A DNA stretch of 30,971 nucleotides from an uncultured Methanobrevibacter sp. (GCF_902784195.1 NZ_CACZTX010000014.1:1-30971); one strand, 5' to 3'; numbered from the stretch's first letter, positions 15,801-25,078 are shown. Made by a program: numbers and translations. The notes: generated by a model from the sequence alone, not told the origin.

Positions 15801-16946
15801 ATGAACTATAATTTTAAAAATGGAAACTTTGATCTATTTCATCCGCTGATTGTTGTTGTCATGACAATCCTATTTCTAATCATAGCTATGCCTATGTGGT
15901 ATTTTTATCGTGAATTGCCTACCCCTAATTTGGATTTGTATCTTTATATTGGTTTAGGGCTTTTGTTCTTTATTTTTGGTATTTGTCTATCTAACTGCAT
16001 ATTAAAAAAGAATTTTAAAATCGATACAGTTTTATCCTTTAAAAAAATTTTAAGTGCTGAAAAATTATCTTTATTTGATAATTATTCTAAAAATGAATTG
16101 ATTCTTGTAGGGCTTGTATCATTAGGTATTCTATTGCAGATTATAAACATAGCATTATTAGGAGGCATACCTCTTTTCTCAGCAACATTAAAGGCAAAGG
16201 CAGCAACTAAAATTTGGCTCATATCTTACATAATTTTCTTGCCTTCCATCAATGTCTTGCTTGCAAAATACAATAGAAAATCACATTATCTATTGTTGTT
16301 AATTGGTTTAGTATTGTTTGCTCTTACTGGATACAGAACCACTCCTATTGCAATCATGCTATCTGCACTCATTACCTTGTATTACACAAGGGATGTTGAT
16401 GTGAAATACATAATTTTAGCTATTTTGGCTATTGCAGTTGTGCTTTTGGCTGTGGGATTCATAGCAGTTCAAGCCATCAGCTGGCAACATTGGTCATTGA
16501 ATCCAATTGAATTGGTCTCTTATAGGGCAGCATTTACATTGAATGTGCTTTCCAAGGCAATTGAAAATCAATTCACTACAATGGGAAATCTATTCTACAC
16601 AACATTGACAGGATTCTTTACACATTCAGATGCAAGAGTCCTAGTAGGCCAAGCAACAATCGGCAGAGTTCATTCAATAACCTCTACAATATTCGGTCCT
16701 GCACTACTTGATTTCGGTATTGTGGGAATGCTTATTCAAATGTTTTTAATTGGCCTTATCCTAAAGACCTTACATAGCATACAAAATCATAGTAAAAGCA
16801 TCTTTACAGCATTTTATGGAATTTTACTTGCACAAACAATCATCTGGATAGAAACAGGCCCAACTGATGTTGTGGTTTGGCTATTCTATTTAATTGGCAT
16901 TTTCCTCATCATCCATTTTTTAAGGGGTGCTAATCATGAAATCTAA
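15801..16946 (+). CDS. polytopic membrane protein, oligosaccharide repeat-unit polymerase (Wzy)-like
   Basis: 381-aa ORF with roughly 10-12 hydrophobic helices and a larger loop near residues 70-100. Size and topology resemble archaeal repeat-unit polymerases. The family call is tentative. Confidence 0.45.
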   Translation: MNYNFKNGNFDLFHPLIVVVMTILFLIIAMPMWYFYRELPTPNLDLYLYIGLGLLFFIFGICLSNCILKKNFKIDTVLSFKKILSAEKLSLFDNYSKNELILVGLVSLGILLQIINIALLGGIPLFSATLKAKAATKIWLISYIIFLPSINVLLAKYNRKSHYLLLLIGLVLFALTGYRTTPIAIMLSALITLYYTRDVDVKYIILAILAIAVVLLAVGFIAVQAISWQHWSLNPIELVSYRAAFTLNVLSKAIENQFTTMGNLFYTTLTGFFTHSDARVLVGQATIGRVHSITSTIFGPALLDFGIVGMLIQMFLIGLILKTLHSIQNHSKSIFTAFYGILLAQTIIWIETGPTDVVVWLFYLIGIFLIIHFLRGANHEI

Positions 16947-18057
16947 AAATATTGCTATTGCAGGAGAAATCACTCCCTCTAAAACAATCATTCCTATCAT
17001 AGAAAAACTTAAGGAACGTGAAGCAGAAGGCAAATTAAGCTTCAAGATCAATAAGATAATTGGCCTTTATCATGGTGAATCATCAAGAGATTTCCTCGAA
17101 CCTTATTGCAGTGAAACATATTCTATTGGAGAAGGAAGAAGAGGTAAAAAAAATTCTACAGGAAAATTGGCATACCTCATTTCAAAGGATATCTTAAAGT
17201 CATTCAATGCCCTTAAAGGGAAGGATATAGATTTGCTGATTACTGCAGGAAATGCAGGTGATGTCAGAAAAGCCATTGTCGCTGCAAATATTTTGAAAAT
17301 TCCAGTTTTGCATATAGAGCAGGATATTTACAATCCGATAGAAGTAATTTCACAAGCCAACCTTGTAACTGTTCCTTCAAATGCCTATAAGGAATATATG
17401 GAGAACCATTATGGACTGAAAAATGTTGTCAATATCGAGGGTTATCCTATGGCAAAATATGTTGACAACTTTATAAAAGAAGATAATTTAATCGATAAGG
17501 ATGAAATCTACGGAGAATATGGAATGAAGGAATTTGTCCTTGTGGTTCTTGGTGGAGATTTGAAGGATGATGATATTGAACCATTGATACGGTCTGTAGA
17601 AGAGCTTAATCTTAAGGCATTGATTGCACCTTACAGGTTTGATAGGGATATGGTTAAGGAATTGGTTCTATCACCCAACATCAAGATTTTGCCTCAGTAT
17701 GTGGACATGTTAAGCTTTATGAATGCTGCATCCCACCTAATATATGCTGCAGGTATGGGAATGACCATTGAAGCGGGAGTATTCAACATTCCATCATTAA
17801 AGATAGAAGGATTCCATAAAACCCATGGAAGTGTGGATTTGGCAAAGGAACTTAATATACCAATCGTAAAAATAGATGAAATCCCAGAGGCCTTTGAAAA
17901 TCTCCCAGACCAAAAGGAATCTGATCTTGTAAAGAATAGTGAGATGGCTATTGAGAGATTAGCGGATTTGATAAATGATTTTGATGAGAAATCACTAAAA
18001 AGAAGCGGTTTTAAATCCACTAAGCAAATTTGGAACAGCCGTAAAGTATACAGATAA
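16936..18057 (+). CDS. GT-B fold glycosyltransferase-like protein (MurG/GT28 C-terminal-like)
   Basis: The ORF track starts at GTG 16927. ATG 16936 (MKSKNIAIAG) follows AGGGGTG by 6 nt and overlaps the upstream stop by 11 nt, suggesting translational coupling. The C-terminal motif LIYAAGMGMTIEAGVFNIPSL resembles the MurG-type nucleotide-sugar binding half. Confidence 0.45.
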   Translation: MKSKNIAIAGEITPSKTIIPIIEKLKEREAEGKLSFKINKIIGLYHGESSRDFLEPYCSETYSIGEGRRGKKNSTGKLAYLISKDILKSFNALKGKDIDLLITAGNAGDVRKAIVAANILKIPVLHIEQDIYNPIEVISQANLVTVPSNAYKEYMENHYGLKNVVNIEGYPMAKYVDNFIKEDNLIDKDEIYGEYGMKEFVLVVLGGDLKDDDIEPLIRSVEELNLKALIAPYRFDRDMVKELVLSPNIKILPQYVDMLSFMNAASHLIYAAGMGMTIEAGVFNIPSLKIEGFHKTHGSVDLAKELNIPIVKIDEIPEAFENLPDQKESDLVKNSEMAIERLADLINDFDEKSLKRSGFKSTKQIWNSRKVYR

Positions 18058-18133
18058 TTTTATTTTTATCTCTAATTTTTAACTTTTTTTGATTGCATTC
18101 TCCTTCATATTTTTTAATTTCAATTTTCTTTTT

Positions 18134-18457
18134 TTAATCAGCATCTTCTTTCATGGTTTCAAGCAAAAAGCTTACAGGACGGAAACCATCATTGCATGAG
18201 ATCATAGCGGATTTCTTGTTCTTCATCCAACCATCGTAAAAGTCTTCTGCACCATTTGCCAAAGCCATTACAAATGGGGATAAGACTTCCCATGCACTAG
18301 GACAGAAGTTTTCTGGCTTTTCCCAACCATTTGCTATGAAGACATCTCCACATTCAACATCGCATTCATGTTCCAATGGATTTTCATACTCTTCAATCAA
18401 GTCATCATGCCTTACTTTTTTCATGACTGTAATCTTAACTTTTTTCAATTGATTCAC
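18134..18457 (-). CDS. small conserved Cys-containing protein (TIGR04076-like)
   Basis: 107-aa ORF. KKVKITVMKK..., GDVFI, FCPSAW..., the LANG loop and SCNDGFRPVSFLLE match my memory of the TIGR04076 family pattern. Not searched. Confidence 0.55.
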   Translation of the reverse strand: MNQLKKVKITVMKKVRHDDLIEEYENPLEHECDVECGDVFIANGWEKPENFCPSAWEVLSPFVMALANGAEDFYDGWMKNKKSAMISCNDGFRPVSFLLETMKEDAD

Positions 18458-18626
18458 CTAAAACTTTAGTATTTTTTAATTATTTTTTATTTCTTATCAT
18501 TTAAATATTTTAAAAATTGAAAACCAAAACAATACTTAAATAAATCATCAAAAAATTTTAAATATCATAATCCCTTTAAATTTAAATGGAATACTATTTT
18601 TTTTAATTGGTAGGAAAGGTTTTAGA

Positions 18627-19280
18627 ATGGAGATGAGGATGGATAAAAAATTAATAATCAGATACATTTTACTTATTCTTGGGGTGACAATAATGTCTTT
18701 AGGCATTGCATTATCTCTTAAGTCCACTTTAGGAACTCCCCCTATATCATGCATTCCTGCTGTTCTGGCTGTTGCTTTTCCTTGGACTGTAGGAGAATTC
18801 ACAATAATTTTCAATGCCTTGCTTGTCATATTCCAAATGGTGCTTTTGAGAAAAATCACATTATCACAAATAGCTCAAATGCTTGTCTGCATTCTATTTG
18901 GCTATATGATTGATTTTAACTTAGTTCTCATTGATTTCATCAATCCAACAAATTATATAATCCAATGGATCTTGCTTATAATAAGCTGCCTTGTTCTTGC
19001 ATTCGGGCTTGTCATTGAAGTAAAGTCAGACATTACCATGCTTCCAGGAGACGGTGCTGTAGTGGCGATAGGTGAAGTGCTGAACAAGGATTGGGGTAAG
19101 GTCAAGCCATTTTTTGATGTTACTGTTGTAAGTATTGGTGTCATTTTGGCATTGGTATTCATAGGCCACCTTGAGGGGGTTCGTGAAGGAACCATTTTTT
19201 CAGCTATTACAGTTGGTTTCATCATTCAATTTTACAACAATATTTTTGGTGAAAAAATTGATAATTATCTAGAAGAATAA
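18627..19280 (+). CDS. YczE/DUF6198-like integral membrane protein
   Basis: 217-aa ORF with 5-6 helices. The N-terminal pattern LLILGVTIMSLGIALSLKSTLGTPP resembles YczE (COG2364). Three in-frame ATGs (18627, 18633, 18639) follow GGTAGGAAAGG. Confidence 0.6.
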   Translation: MEMRMDKKLIIRYILLILGVTIMSLGIALSLKSTLGTPPISCIPAVLAVAFPWTVGEFTIIFNALLVIFQMVLLRKITLSQIAQMLVCILFGYMIDFNLVLIDFINPTNYIIQWILLIISCLVLAFGLVIEVKSDITMLPGDGAVVAIGEVLNKDWGKVKPFFDVTVVSIGVILALVFIGHLEGVREGTIFSAITVGFIIQFYNNIFGEKIDNYLEE

Positions 19281-19283
19281 TTA

Positions 19284-19330
19284 TATTTTTTTTAAAATCT
19301 TGGTAATTTTTTCAAGATTCAAAATTTTTT
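19284..19330 (+). terminator. oligo-T run plus AATCTTG/CAAGATT hairpin downstream of the YczE-like gene
   Basis: A T8 run lies at 19286-19293, just after the stop codon. A 7-bp stem (19296-19302 / 19313-19319) has a 10-nt loop and is followed by a T6 run. Archaeal termination typically uses oligo-T tracts. Confidence 0.4.
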
Positions 19331-19502
19331 AGATTAGATTATATATTCCTTATTTTCCTAAAATACTTTATTTCTGTTCTTTATTTTTTCCATTAATTTT
19401 TCATAAATTTTAAAAAAAATTATTCTAATATATAAAGTTTTTTATTTGTTTTTTTACATTAACTTTATAATAAGCAAATACTATAAATATTATTGTGATA
19501 TT

Positions 19503-20333
19503 ATGGTAGTTAAAATCGCTATATTAAGAAGTGGTAATATTGGTACTTCACCAATATTAGATTTATTATTAGACGAAAGAGCAGACAGACCAAACATCGA
19601 CGTAAGAGTATTTGGATCTGGAGCAAAAATGAACCCTGAACAAGTCGAAGACGTTGTACCTAAATTCAAACAATTCGACCCAGATTTCTGTATTTTCATT
19701 AGCCCAAACCCAGCAGCACCTGGTCCAGCTAGAGCAAGAGAATTATTATCTGCAGAAGATATTCCTGCTATTATCATCGGTGACGCTCCTGGTAAAGGTA
19801 AGAAAGATGAAATGGACGAACAAGGTTTAGGTTACATTATTGTAATGGCAGACCCAATGATCGGTGCAAAAAGAGAATGGTTAGACCCAACTGAAATGGC
19901 TATTTTCAACGCTGACATCATTAAAGTATTAGCAGAAACCGGTGCTTTAAGATTAGTACAAAAAACCATTGACGGTGTAATCGAAGCTGTTGAAGCAGGT
20001 AACGAAATCGAATTACCTAAACTCATTGTAACTGCTGAAAAAGCTGTAGAAGCTGCTAAATTCCAAAACCCATACGCAAAAGCAAAAGCTATTGCTGCAT
20101 ACGAAATGGCTGGTGCTGTAGCAGGTTTAGACATGAAAGGTTGTTTCATGACCAAAGGTTTCGAAAACTTCATTCCTTTAGTAGCTGCTGCTCACGAAAT
20201 GGCTGCATGCGCTGCTGCATTAGCAGCTGAAGCAAGAGAAATTGAAAAATCCAACGACACTGTATTAAGAACCCCTCACATGAAAGAAGGTAACGTTGGT
20301 TGCAAACTCGATTTAATCAGCAAACCAGAATAA
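19503..20333 (+). CDS. mtd: F420-dependent methylenetetrahydromethanopterin dehydrogenase
   Basis: The 276-aa product MVVKIAILRSGNIGTSPILDLLLDERADRPNIDVRVFGSGAKMNPEQ... is unmistakably Mtd. The start is ATG 19503 in the GTGATATTATG context, so the ORF-track 5' extension from 19446 is spurious. There is a strong C-ending codon bias (AAC, ATC, GAC, TTC), unlike the neighbouring genes. Confidence 0.95.
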   Translation: MVVKIAILRSGNIGTSPILDLLLDERADRPNIDVRVFGSGAKMNPEQVEDVVPKFKQFDPDFCIFISPNPAAPGPARARELLSAEDIPAIIIGDAPGKGKKDEMDEQGLGYIIVMADPMIGAKREWLDPTEMAIFNADIIKVLAETGALRLVQKTIDGVIEAVEAGNEIELPKLIVTAEKAVEAAKFQNPYAKAKAIAAYEMAGAVAGLDMKGCFMTKGFENFIPLVAAAHEMAACAAALAAEAREIEKSNDTVLRTPHMKEGNVGCKLDLISKPE

Positions 20334-20345
20334 GTGTATTGGATT

Positions 20346-20395
20346 AAGTAGCTTTTTAGCTACTTATTTTTCTTTTTTCTTTTTTAAAACAAATT
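20346..20395 (+). terminator. mtd terminator: AAGTAGCT-TTTT-AGCTACTT hairpin followed by T-rich tracts
   Basis: A perfect 8-bp stem (20346-20353 / 20358-20365) has a 4-nt loop and is followed by ATTTTTCTTTTTTCTTTTTT. Confidence 0.55.
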
Positions 20396-20690
20396 CAAAT
20401 CAAATCAAATAAATCAAATCTCAAATCAAAAATCAAAATTTACTTTTTTTCTTTTATTTTAACACAATTTCAAAACTTTGTATGCCAATGTTTTATTCGT
20501 ATAATTACTAACTTTTTTTCATTAAATTTTTTAAAATAATTGCCTTGGCGTAAAAAGTGTATATGTTAAAAATAGAATAATGTTTTAAAAATTGAAAGTT
20601 TATATAAATAAACTTTAAAGGATTTGAAAATTAAACAAAGAGTAAAATTAAAAAAAGACTAACTAAGAAAAAAAGAAATAAAAAGATATT

Positions 20691-21269
20691 CTAAAGAACA
20701 CCTTTTGTACTTAAAATTTCATCGTGCTCAATTTTGCATCCATCATATAATGATTTTGCAAATGCCTTGAAAAGAGCTTCTGCCTTGTGGTGGTCATTTG
20801 CACCTTCACAGGTTCCATATATATTGATCTTACCACTGGAAGCAAAGGATTCAAAGAAGTGAACTACAACATCACTGCTTAAGTCACCAATCTTGTCATG
20901 CTTGAAATCCAAATCCATATTGCAGTAGCTGCGGCCGCTGATGTCTATAGCAAAAGTTGCAACGGAATCATCCATAGGGACTATTGCATGACCCATTCTT
21001 CTTATTCCTTTCTTGTCGCCAATAGCTTCTGCGAAAGCTTCACCTAACAATATGCCAACATCCTCTACAGTGTGGTGATCATCGATTTCAATATCACCGA
21101 TTGCCTTAATGTTTAAATCCATAAAGCTGTGTTTGGAAAAGGATTCCAACATGTGGTTGAAGAAATTGACTCCAGTGTCAATATCATATTTTCCAGTTCC
21201 ATCAATATTTAATTCTATTTCAATATCTGTTTCAGATGTCTTTCTTGAAACTTTAGCTGTTCTAGTCAT
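20691..21269 (-). CDS. hisB: imidazoleglycerol-phosphate dehydratase
   Basis: Motifs [11 protein letters not shown] and [10 protein letters not shown] (the two D/HHxxE boxes) are present, and the N-terminus [21 protein letters not shown] is typical. I place the start at ATG 21269 (AGTGATTCAATG context) rather than the ORF-track GTG 21281. Confidence 0.92.
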   Translation of the reverse strand: MTRTAKVSRKTSETDIEIELNIDGTGKYDIDTGVNFFNHMLESFSKHSFMDLNIKAIGDIEIDDHHTVEDVGILLGEAFAEAIGDKKGIRRMGHAIVPMDDSVATFAIDISGRSYCNMDLDFKHDKIGDLSSDVVVHFFESFASSGKINIYGTCEGANDHHKAEALFKAFAKSLYDGCKIEHDEILSTKGVL

Positions 21270-21408
21270 TGAATCACTCACTGATTAAAGTTCTAAATAA
21301 TTATTTCCTAAAAATATTTCCTAAAAGTATTTCCAATAAGGGCATAATATAGTAACAATTTATAGAAAAATTTTAAACTATATTTAAATTAAAATAACGA
21401 TTAATTAT

Positions 21409-21609
21409 TTACTCATCTGGCGCATTTCTCATAATTTTAATTGCATCTGGACCACATTTCATTGCACATAATGTACAAACATGACAATAATCTAAATTTG
21501 ATACATGTGCAACAGTATCAATAGTCCAAATATATCCTCCTTTAGGACAAATCTCTTTACAATTTCCACATGCAGTGCATTTGTCCTCATCAACTATAAT
21601 CTTTAAAAT
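21409..21609 (-). CDS. 2x[4Fe-4S] ferredoxin (66 aa), not in the ORF track
   Basis: Own translation: (I/M)LKIIVDEDKCTACGNCKEICPKGGYIWTIDTVAHVSNLDYCHVCTLCAMKCGPDAIKIMRNAPDE, with two CxxCxxCxxxCP clusters. The frame is open from 21645 but has no ATG/GTG/TTG before the first cluster. ATT at 21609-21607 sits in GTGATATTATT, the same 10-mer that precedes the ATG of mtd and trpB2. Confidence 0.7.
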   Translation of the reverse strand: MLKIIVDEDKCTACGNCKEICPKGGYIWTIDTVAHVSNLDYCHVCTLCAMKCGPDAIKIMRNAPDE

Positions 21610-21716
21610 AATATCACCATGAATAAATCTGTAAATAATCTTATTTTATTTAAAATATATAAAATTATGGCTATCTGTGAAAAAATATCTTATTTTCATT
21701 TATTCAAATCAATTAC

Positions 21717-22409
21717 CTATAATTTTAAGGTAGCTATTGACAATGCCTTAAATCCAATGTAAACTTCTTTTCCCAAACTTAAATCCAAGTCCTTACCTGC
21801 AGATAAGGTAATGTCTGAGAAAATGTTCACTCCGCCAATGTCGATTTTTACACGAACCATTTCATCCTGAAGTCTCATTTCAGTGACTTTTCCCTTGAAG
21901 ATGTTTCTGATGCTGGATGCTTGGGGCTCCAACATTATGAAGATATTGTCATAGCTTATTAAAGCAAGAATCTTATCTCCAACTTTATATTCCTTTTTCA
22001 ATGGGATAGTTATGACCAATTCATTCATTTGAATTTTCATGACACCTTTTGCCTTGTCAATTTCAAGGATTTCAGCTTCAATTTCATTGGTTTCGCTGTG
22101 AAGTTCCATGATTGCATTGATCTTTTTACATTCCTTTAGAATCTGCAAGCCCTCTTCGGTAAGAGTGGTGCTTCCTCCACCACCGCTTCCTCCTTTTTTA
22201 GTGTTTACAATAGCTATATCCAAAGTTGATTCTATCTTGTCGATATAGTTTAAAGCAGTTCTGTAGGAAATTTTAGAACGCTTAGCAGCTTCTGTAATTG
22301 ATTCGCTTTCATTTATATAAATCAACAGATTGAATTTCTTTTGATCCAATAGAAAAGAATTTCCATCTATATTAATCTTATATTCTACTCCAGCTTTTAC
22401 TTCAGTCAT
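21717..22409 (-). CDS. ModE-like regulator: N-terminal HTH + glycine stretch + two TOBE/Mop domains
   Basis: 230-aa ORF. It has the HTH ITEAAKRSKISYRTALNYIDKIE, the KKGGSGGGGSTTLT stretch typical of the ModE N-domain, and C-terminal TOBE-like GKVTEMRLQDEMVRVKIDIGG...GKEVYIGFKA. Confidence 0.7.
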   Translation of the reverse strand: MTEVKAGVEYKINIDGNSFLLDQKKFNLLIYINESESITEAAKRSKISYRTALNYIDKIESTLDIAIVNTKKGGSGGGGSTTLTEEGLQILKECKKINAIMELHSETNEIEAEILEIDKAKGVMKIQMNELVITIPLKKEYKVGDKILALISYDNIFIMLEPQASSIRNIFKGKVTEMRLQDEMVRVKIDIGGVNIFSDITLSAGKDLDLSLGKEVYIGFKALSIATLKL

Positions 22410-22760
22410 TTTAATCGTCCCTTTTTACCTTATAATTATTTTTCAAGAATTACCCAGTTGATAATTAATATATACCTTTTATTAATTAAACTTATTCATT
22501 TTAAAGGGATATTCGCTTATTATCTCAAAATTTATTTTTGATTAAATCGTGTTTTAAGATAAAAAAAGAAAGAATATTTATTTTAACTCGTTATGATAAA
22601 TATCTGTAATCGATAATTCATTTATAAGCGATCTTTTTAAAGAATCGATATGAATTTTAAAAAAAATAAGGTTTAATTCGAGTAAAAAAAGAGTAAAAAT
22701 TAAAATTAATAAAAAAGTAAAGATTAAAGTTTTTAGATAATTTAGGCTGTATTCTATAGA

Positions 22761-24329
22761 TTATTTAGAACTGTATTTATCTATAATATCCAATAATTTA
22801 TTTGCATATTTTCTTAAAGGACCTAATTTTCTGGTAAATTTCCTGAATCCTGCTACATCATCATGAGACAATGTTCTAAGTGCTACAATTGCAATCATAT
22901 AGATTATTGGGCAGATTATCAATCCTGCAATCAATCCATAGCTATTGTTTGGAAGTACAACCACAGGCAATGCCATAATCAATGAGGCTATTGTGACTTT
23001 AGTTAGGAATGAATAAGGGGCATGGGTTTTGGTTAATCTGAATTGAAGCAGGAACATAGGTATCATCATTATGAATGAAGCTATTGTTGTTGCTAGAGCT
23101 CCTCCCTCAATGCCGTAAGTAGGAATCAAATACCACCCGAGGCCTAAAGTAATGATACAGCCGAATATCAAAAGATACATTGGAATTCTTGGGTTTCCAA
23201 TACCTTGAACAATACTGCCTGAAATTGTATATATTGAATAGAATGTCATACCTAAAACAAGAATTGCAAGAGACATTGCACCGTTCATGTAAGCTGAATT
23301 TGTGAAGTATACAAGCCCCATGATTTCCTTTGCAAAGATAGCTATTCCTACACACATCGGAATTACAAAGAACATTCCGTATTTATAGGATGCATTCACA
23401 TACTTTTCAAGAAGGTTTTGATCCTTGAGAGCATATGCTTCAGATGCTGCAGGCAATATTGTAGTTGCAAGTGAGCTTGAAATGATTAGAGGAAGTCTTG
23501 AAATAGGGTCTGCCGCTGTAAAGTAACCTATTGCAGATGCAGCTAAGAATCCTCCCATAAGCAAGGTACAAATACTGTAAATACCCATTTCAGCAAGTGC
23601 AGTTACTGTAACTGGAATTGAAAAGAAAAGAAGTCTTTTTGCAAGACCTAATTCCTGTTTGAAGGTGAACTTAAAGTCAGGATTTGCAGGAGGGATGTAT
23701 TTTCCCATATATTTTTTAAAGATATATACTGCAGACACTGCTGATGCTGCAAAACCGAGTACAGAACCTAATACTGCACCAAAAGTGGATAATCCTAAAA
23801 TTACAAGGGCAGTTGCAAATAGAATCATGAATATCTGTTCAATTGCACGGGTGTAAAGGATGTATTCCATCTTGTACACACCTTGGAAAGCACCTCTAAA
23901 TGCACCGACTATTACACTGAAAGGAGTGATTAAACCAACAGCCTGAAGTGGCAATAAAGCCTCTGGCTTGTGATAATAGTTTGTAATGATAGGTGCAGCT
24001 ACAAATACCATAACCAGTCCAAAGAAGAATCCTAAAAAGACCATTATCTTCAGTGCTGTGAAAACGGTTTGACGAGCAAGATCCTCTTCATCAAGAGCAT
24101 TGTATTCTGATACGTATTTAGCTATTGCTGGTGGAAGCCCTGCTGCAGACAATACCTGGAATATTCCTTGAAATGGAGTTGTAAGTCCAAGTATACCATA
24201 TGCTGCCGGTCCTAAAAGTGATGCCATAAGAAAACGGTATAGGTATCCCCCTACACGGAAGATAACATTTCCTATTAAGATAATAGCGCTTCCCTTTGCT
24301 ACTTTAGAACTTCCGGTTGCCTCGCCCAT
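22761..24329 (-). CDS. MOP-superfamily oligosaccharide/polysaccharide flippase (Wzx/MurJ-like)
   Basis: 522-aa ORF with ~14 hydrophobic helices. The N-terminal pattern GSAIILIGNVIFRVGGYLYRFLMASLLGPAAYG is typical of polysaccharide biosynthesis (RfbX/Wzx) transporters. Confidence 0.75.
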   Translation of the reverse strand: MGEATGSSKVAKGSAIILIGNVIFRVGGYLYRFLMASLLGPAAYGILGLTTPFQGIFQVLSAAGLPPAIAKYVSEYNALDEEDLARQTVFTALKIMVFLGFFFGLVMVFVAAPIITNYYHKPEALLPLQAVGLITPFSVIVGAFRGAFQGVYKMEYILYTRAIEQIFMILFATALVILGLSTFGAVLGSVLGFAASAVSAVYIFKKYMGKYIPPANPDFKFTFKQELGLAKRLLFFSIPVTVTALAEMGIYSICTLLMGGFLAASAIGYFTAADPISRLPLIISSSLATTILPAASEAYALKDQNLLEKYVNASYKYGMFFVIPMCVGIAIFAKEIMGLVYFTNSAYMNGAMSLAILVLGMTFYSIYTISGSIVQGIGNPRIPMYLLIFGCIITLGLGWYLIPTYGIEGGALATTIASFIMMIPMFLLQFRLTKTHAPYSFLTKVTIASLIMALPVVVLPNNSYGLIAGLIICPIIYMIAIVALRTLSHDDVAGFRKFTRKLGPLRKYANKLLDIIDKYSSK

Positions 24330-24478
24330 ATTTACACCTAAATATAAAAATAAGTTTCAATTGTTTATTTTTTTAAACAGTAAATCAACAATTAAATTGT
24401 GATTAAATGTCCATTTACTATAAATTACTTTTATTATATTAATTTTTATTTATATATGTTTTGATAAAAGATGGATAG

Positions 24479-25078
24479 CTATTGTTTTTTAAACTCCAAT
24501 AAAAACTCTTTAAAATTGTTTATTGTCATATCCAATGTCTTGAGCCCATACTCATCTTTCTTAACACCTTCGGCACCTTCATCCTGTGACCATAGGCACG
24601 CTCCTAAATTGGCTCCAAAGGATCCTCCGCTTAATGGAATGATCTTATTCAATAGGTAGAATGTGTTAATCTGTTGGATAGCCAACTCCTGACCTCCAGA
24701 TCTGTCGCCTCCAACAACTATTGAAATACCTACCTTGTTTTTAAATATGTTCAGGTCTTCCATGATCATTGCCTGGCATCTGTCAATGACAGCCTTCAAT
24801 TGAGCGGATATGCTTCCAAAATGAACGGGGCTTGCAAGTATTATGCCGTCAGCTTCCCTAAGGGCATCATAGATTTCATCCATATCATCATGAATTGAAC
24901 ATTTTCCCTTTGTTTCCACACAATCGTTGCAGTGAGTGCATGGTGAAATGTCCTTATCCCTTACGCTTATAAAGATTGTTTCAAACGAATCTTCACTTTC
25001 AAGCTCTTCCAATGCCCTTTTCAATAAGAATTCACTTGCACCTTCACGTGGACTTCCACAAATTCCAAGAATTTTCAT
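24479..25078 (-). CDS. iron-sulfur flavoprotein / NADPH-dependent FMN reductase family
   Basis: The start is at MKILGICGSPR (ATG 25078, with AGGAG upstream), so the 18-aa ORF-track extension is spurious. The flavodoxin-like motif GSPR, the compact Cys cluster CTHCNDCVETKGKC and ILASPVHFGSISAQLK match methanogen Isf-type proteins. Confidence 0.8.
   Translation of the reverse strand: MKILGICGSPREGASEFLLKRALEELESEDSFETIFISVRDKDISPCTHCNDCVETKGKCSIHDDMDEIYDALREADGIILASPVHFGSISAQLKAVIDRCQAMIMEDLNIFKNKVGISIVVGGDRSGGQELAIQQINTFYLLNKIIPLSGGSFGANLGACLWSQDEGAEGVKKDEYGLKTLDMTINNFKEFLLEFKKQ

Noticed and set aside
18548-18859. 103-aa minus-strand ORF spanning the TIGR04076-like / YczE-like intergenic region
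   Set aside because: It overlaps the 5' third of the well-supported YczE-like membrane gene and the divergent promoter region. It has odd composition and no SD.
19446-19502. 19-codon 5' extension of mtd in the ORF track (MFFYINFIISKYYKYYCDI)
   Set aside because: It starts at a TTG in promoter-like AT-rich DNA. The conserved Mtd N-terminus MVVKIAIL begins at ATG 19503 behind GTGAT.
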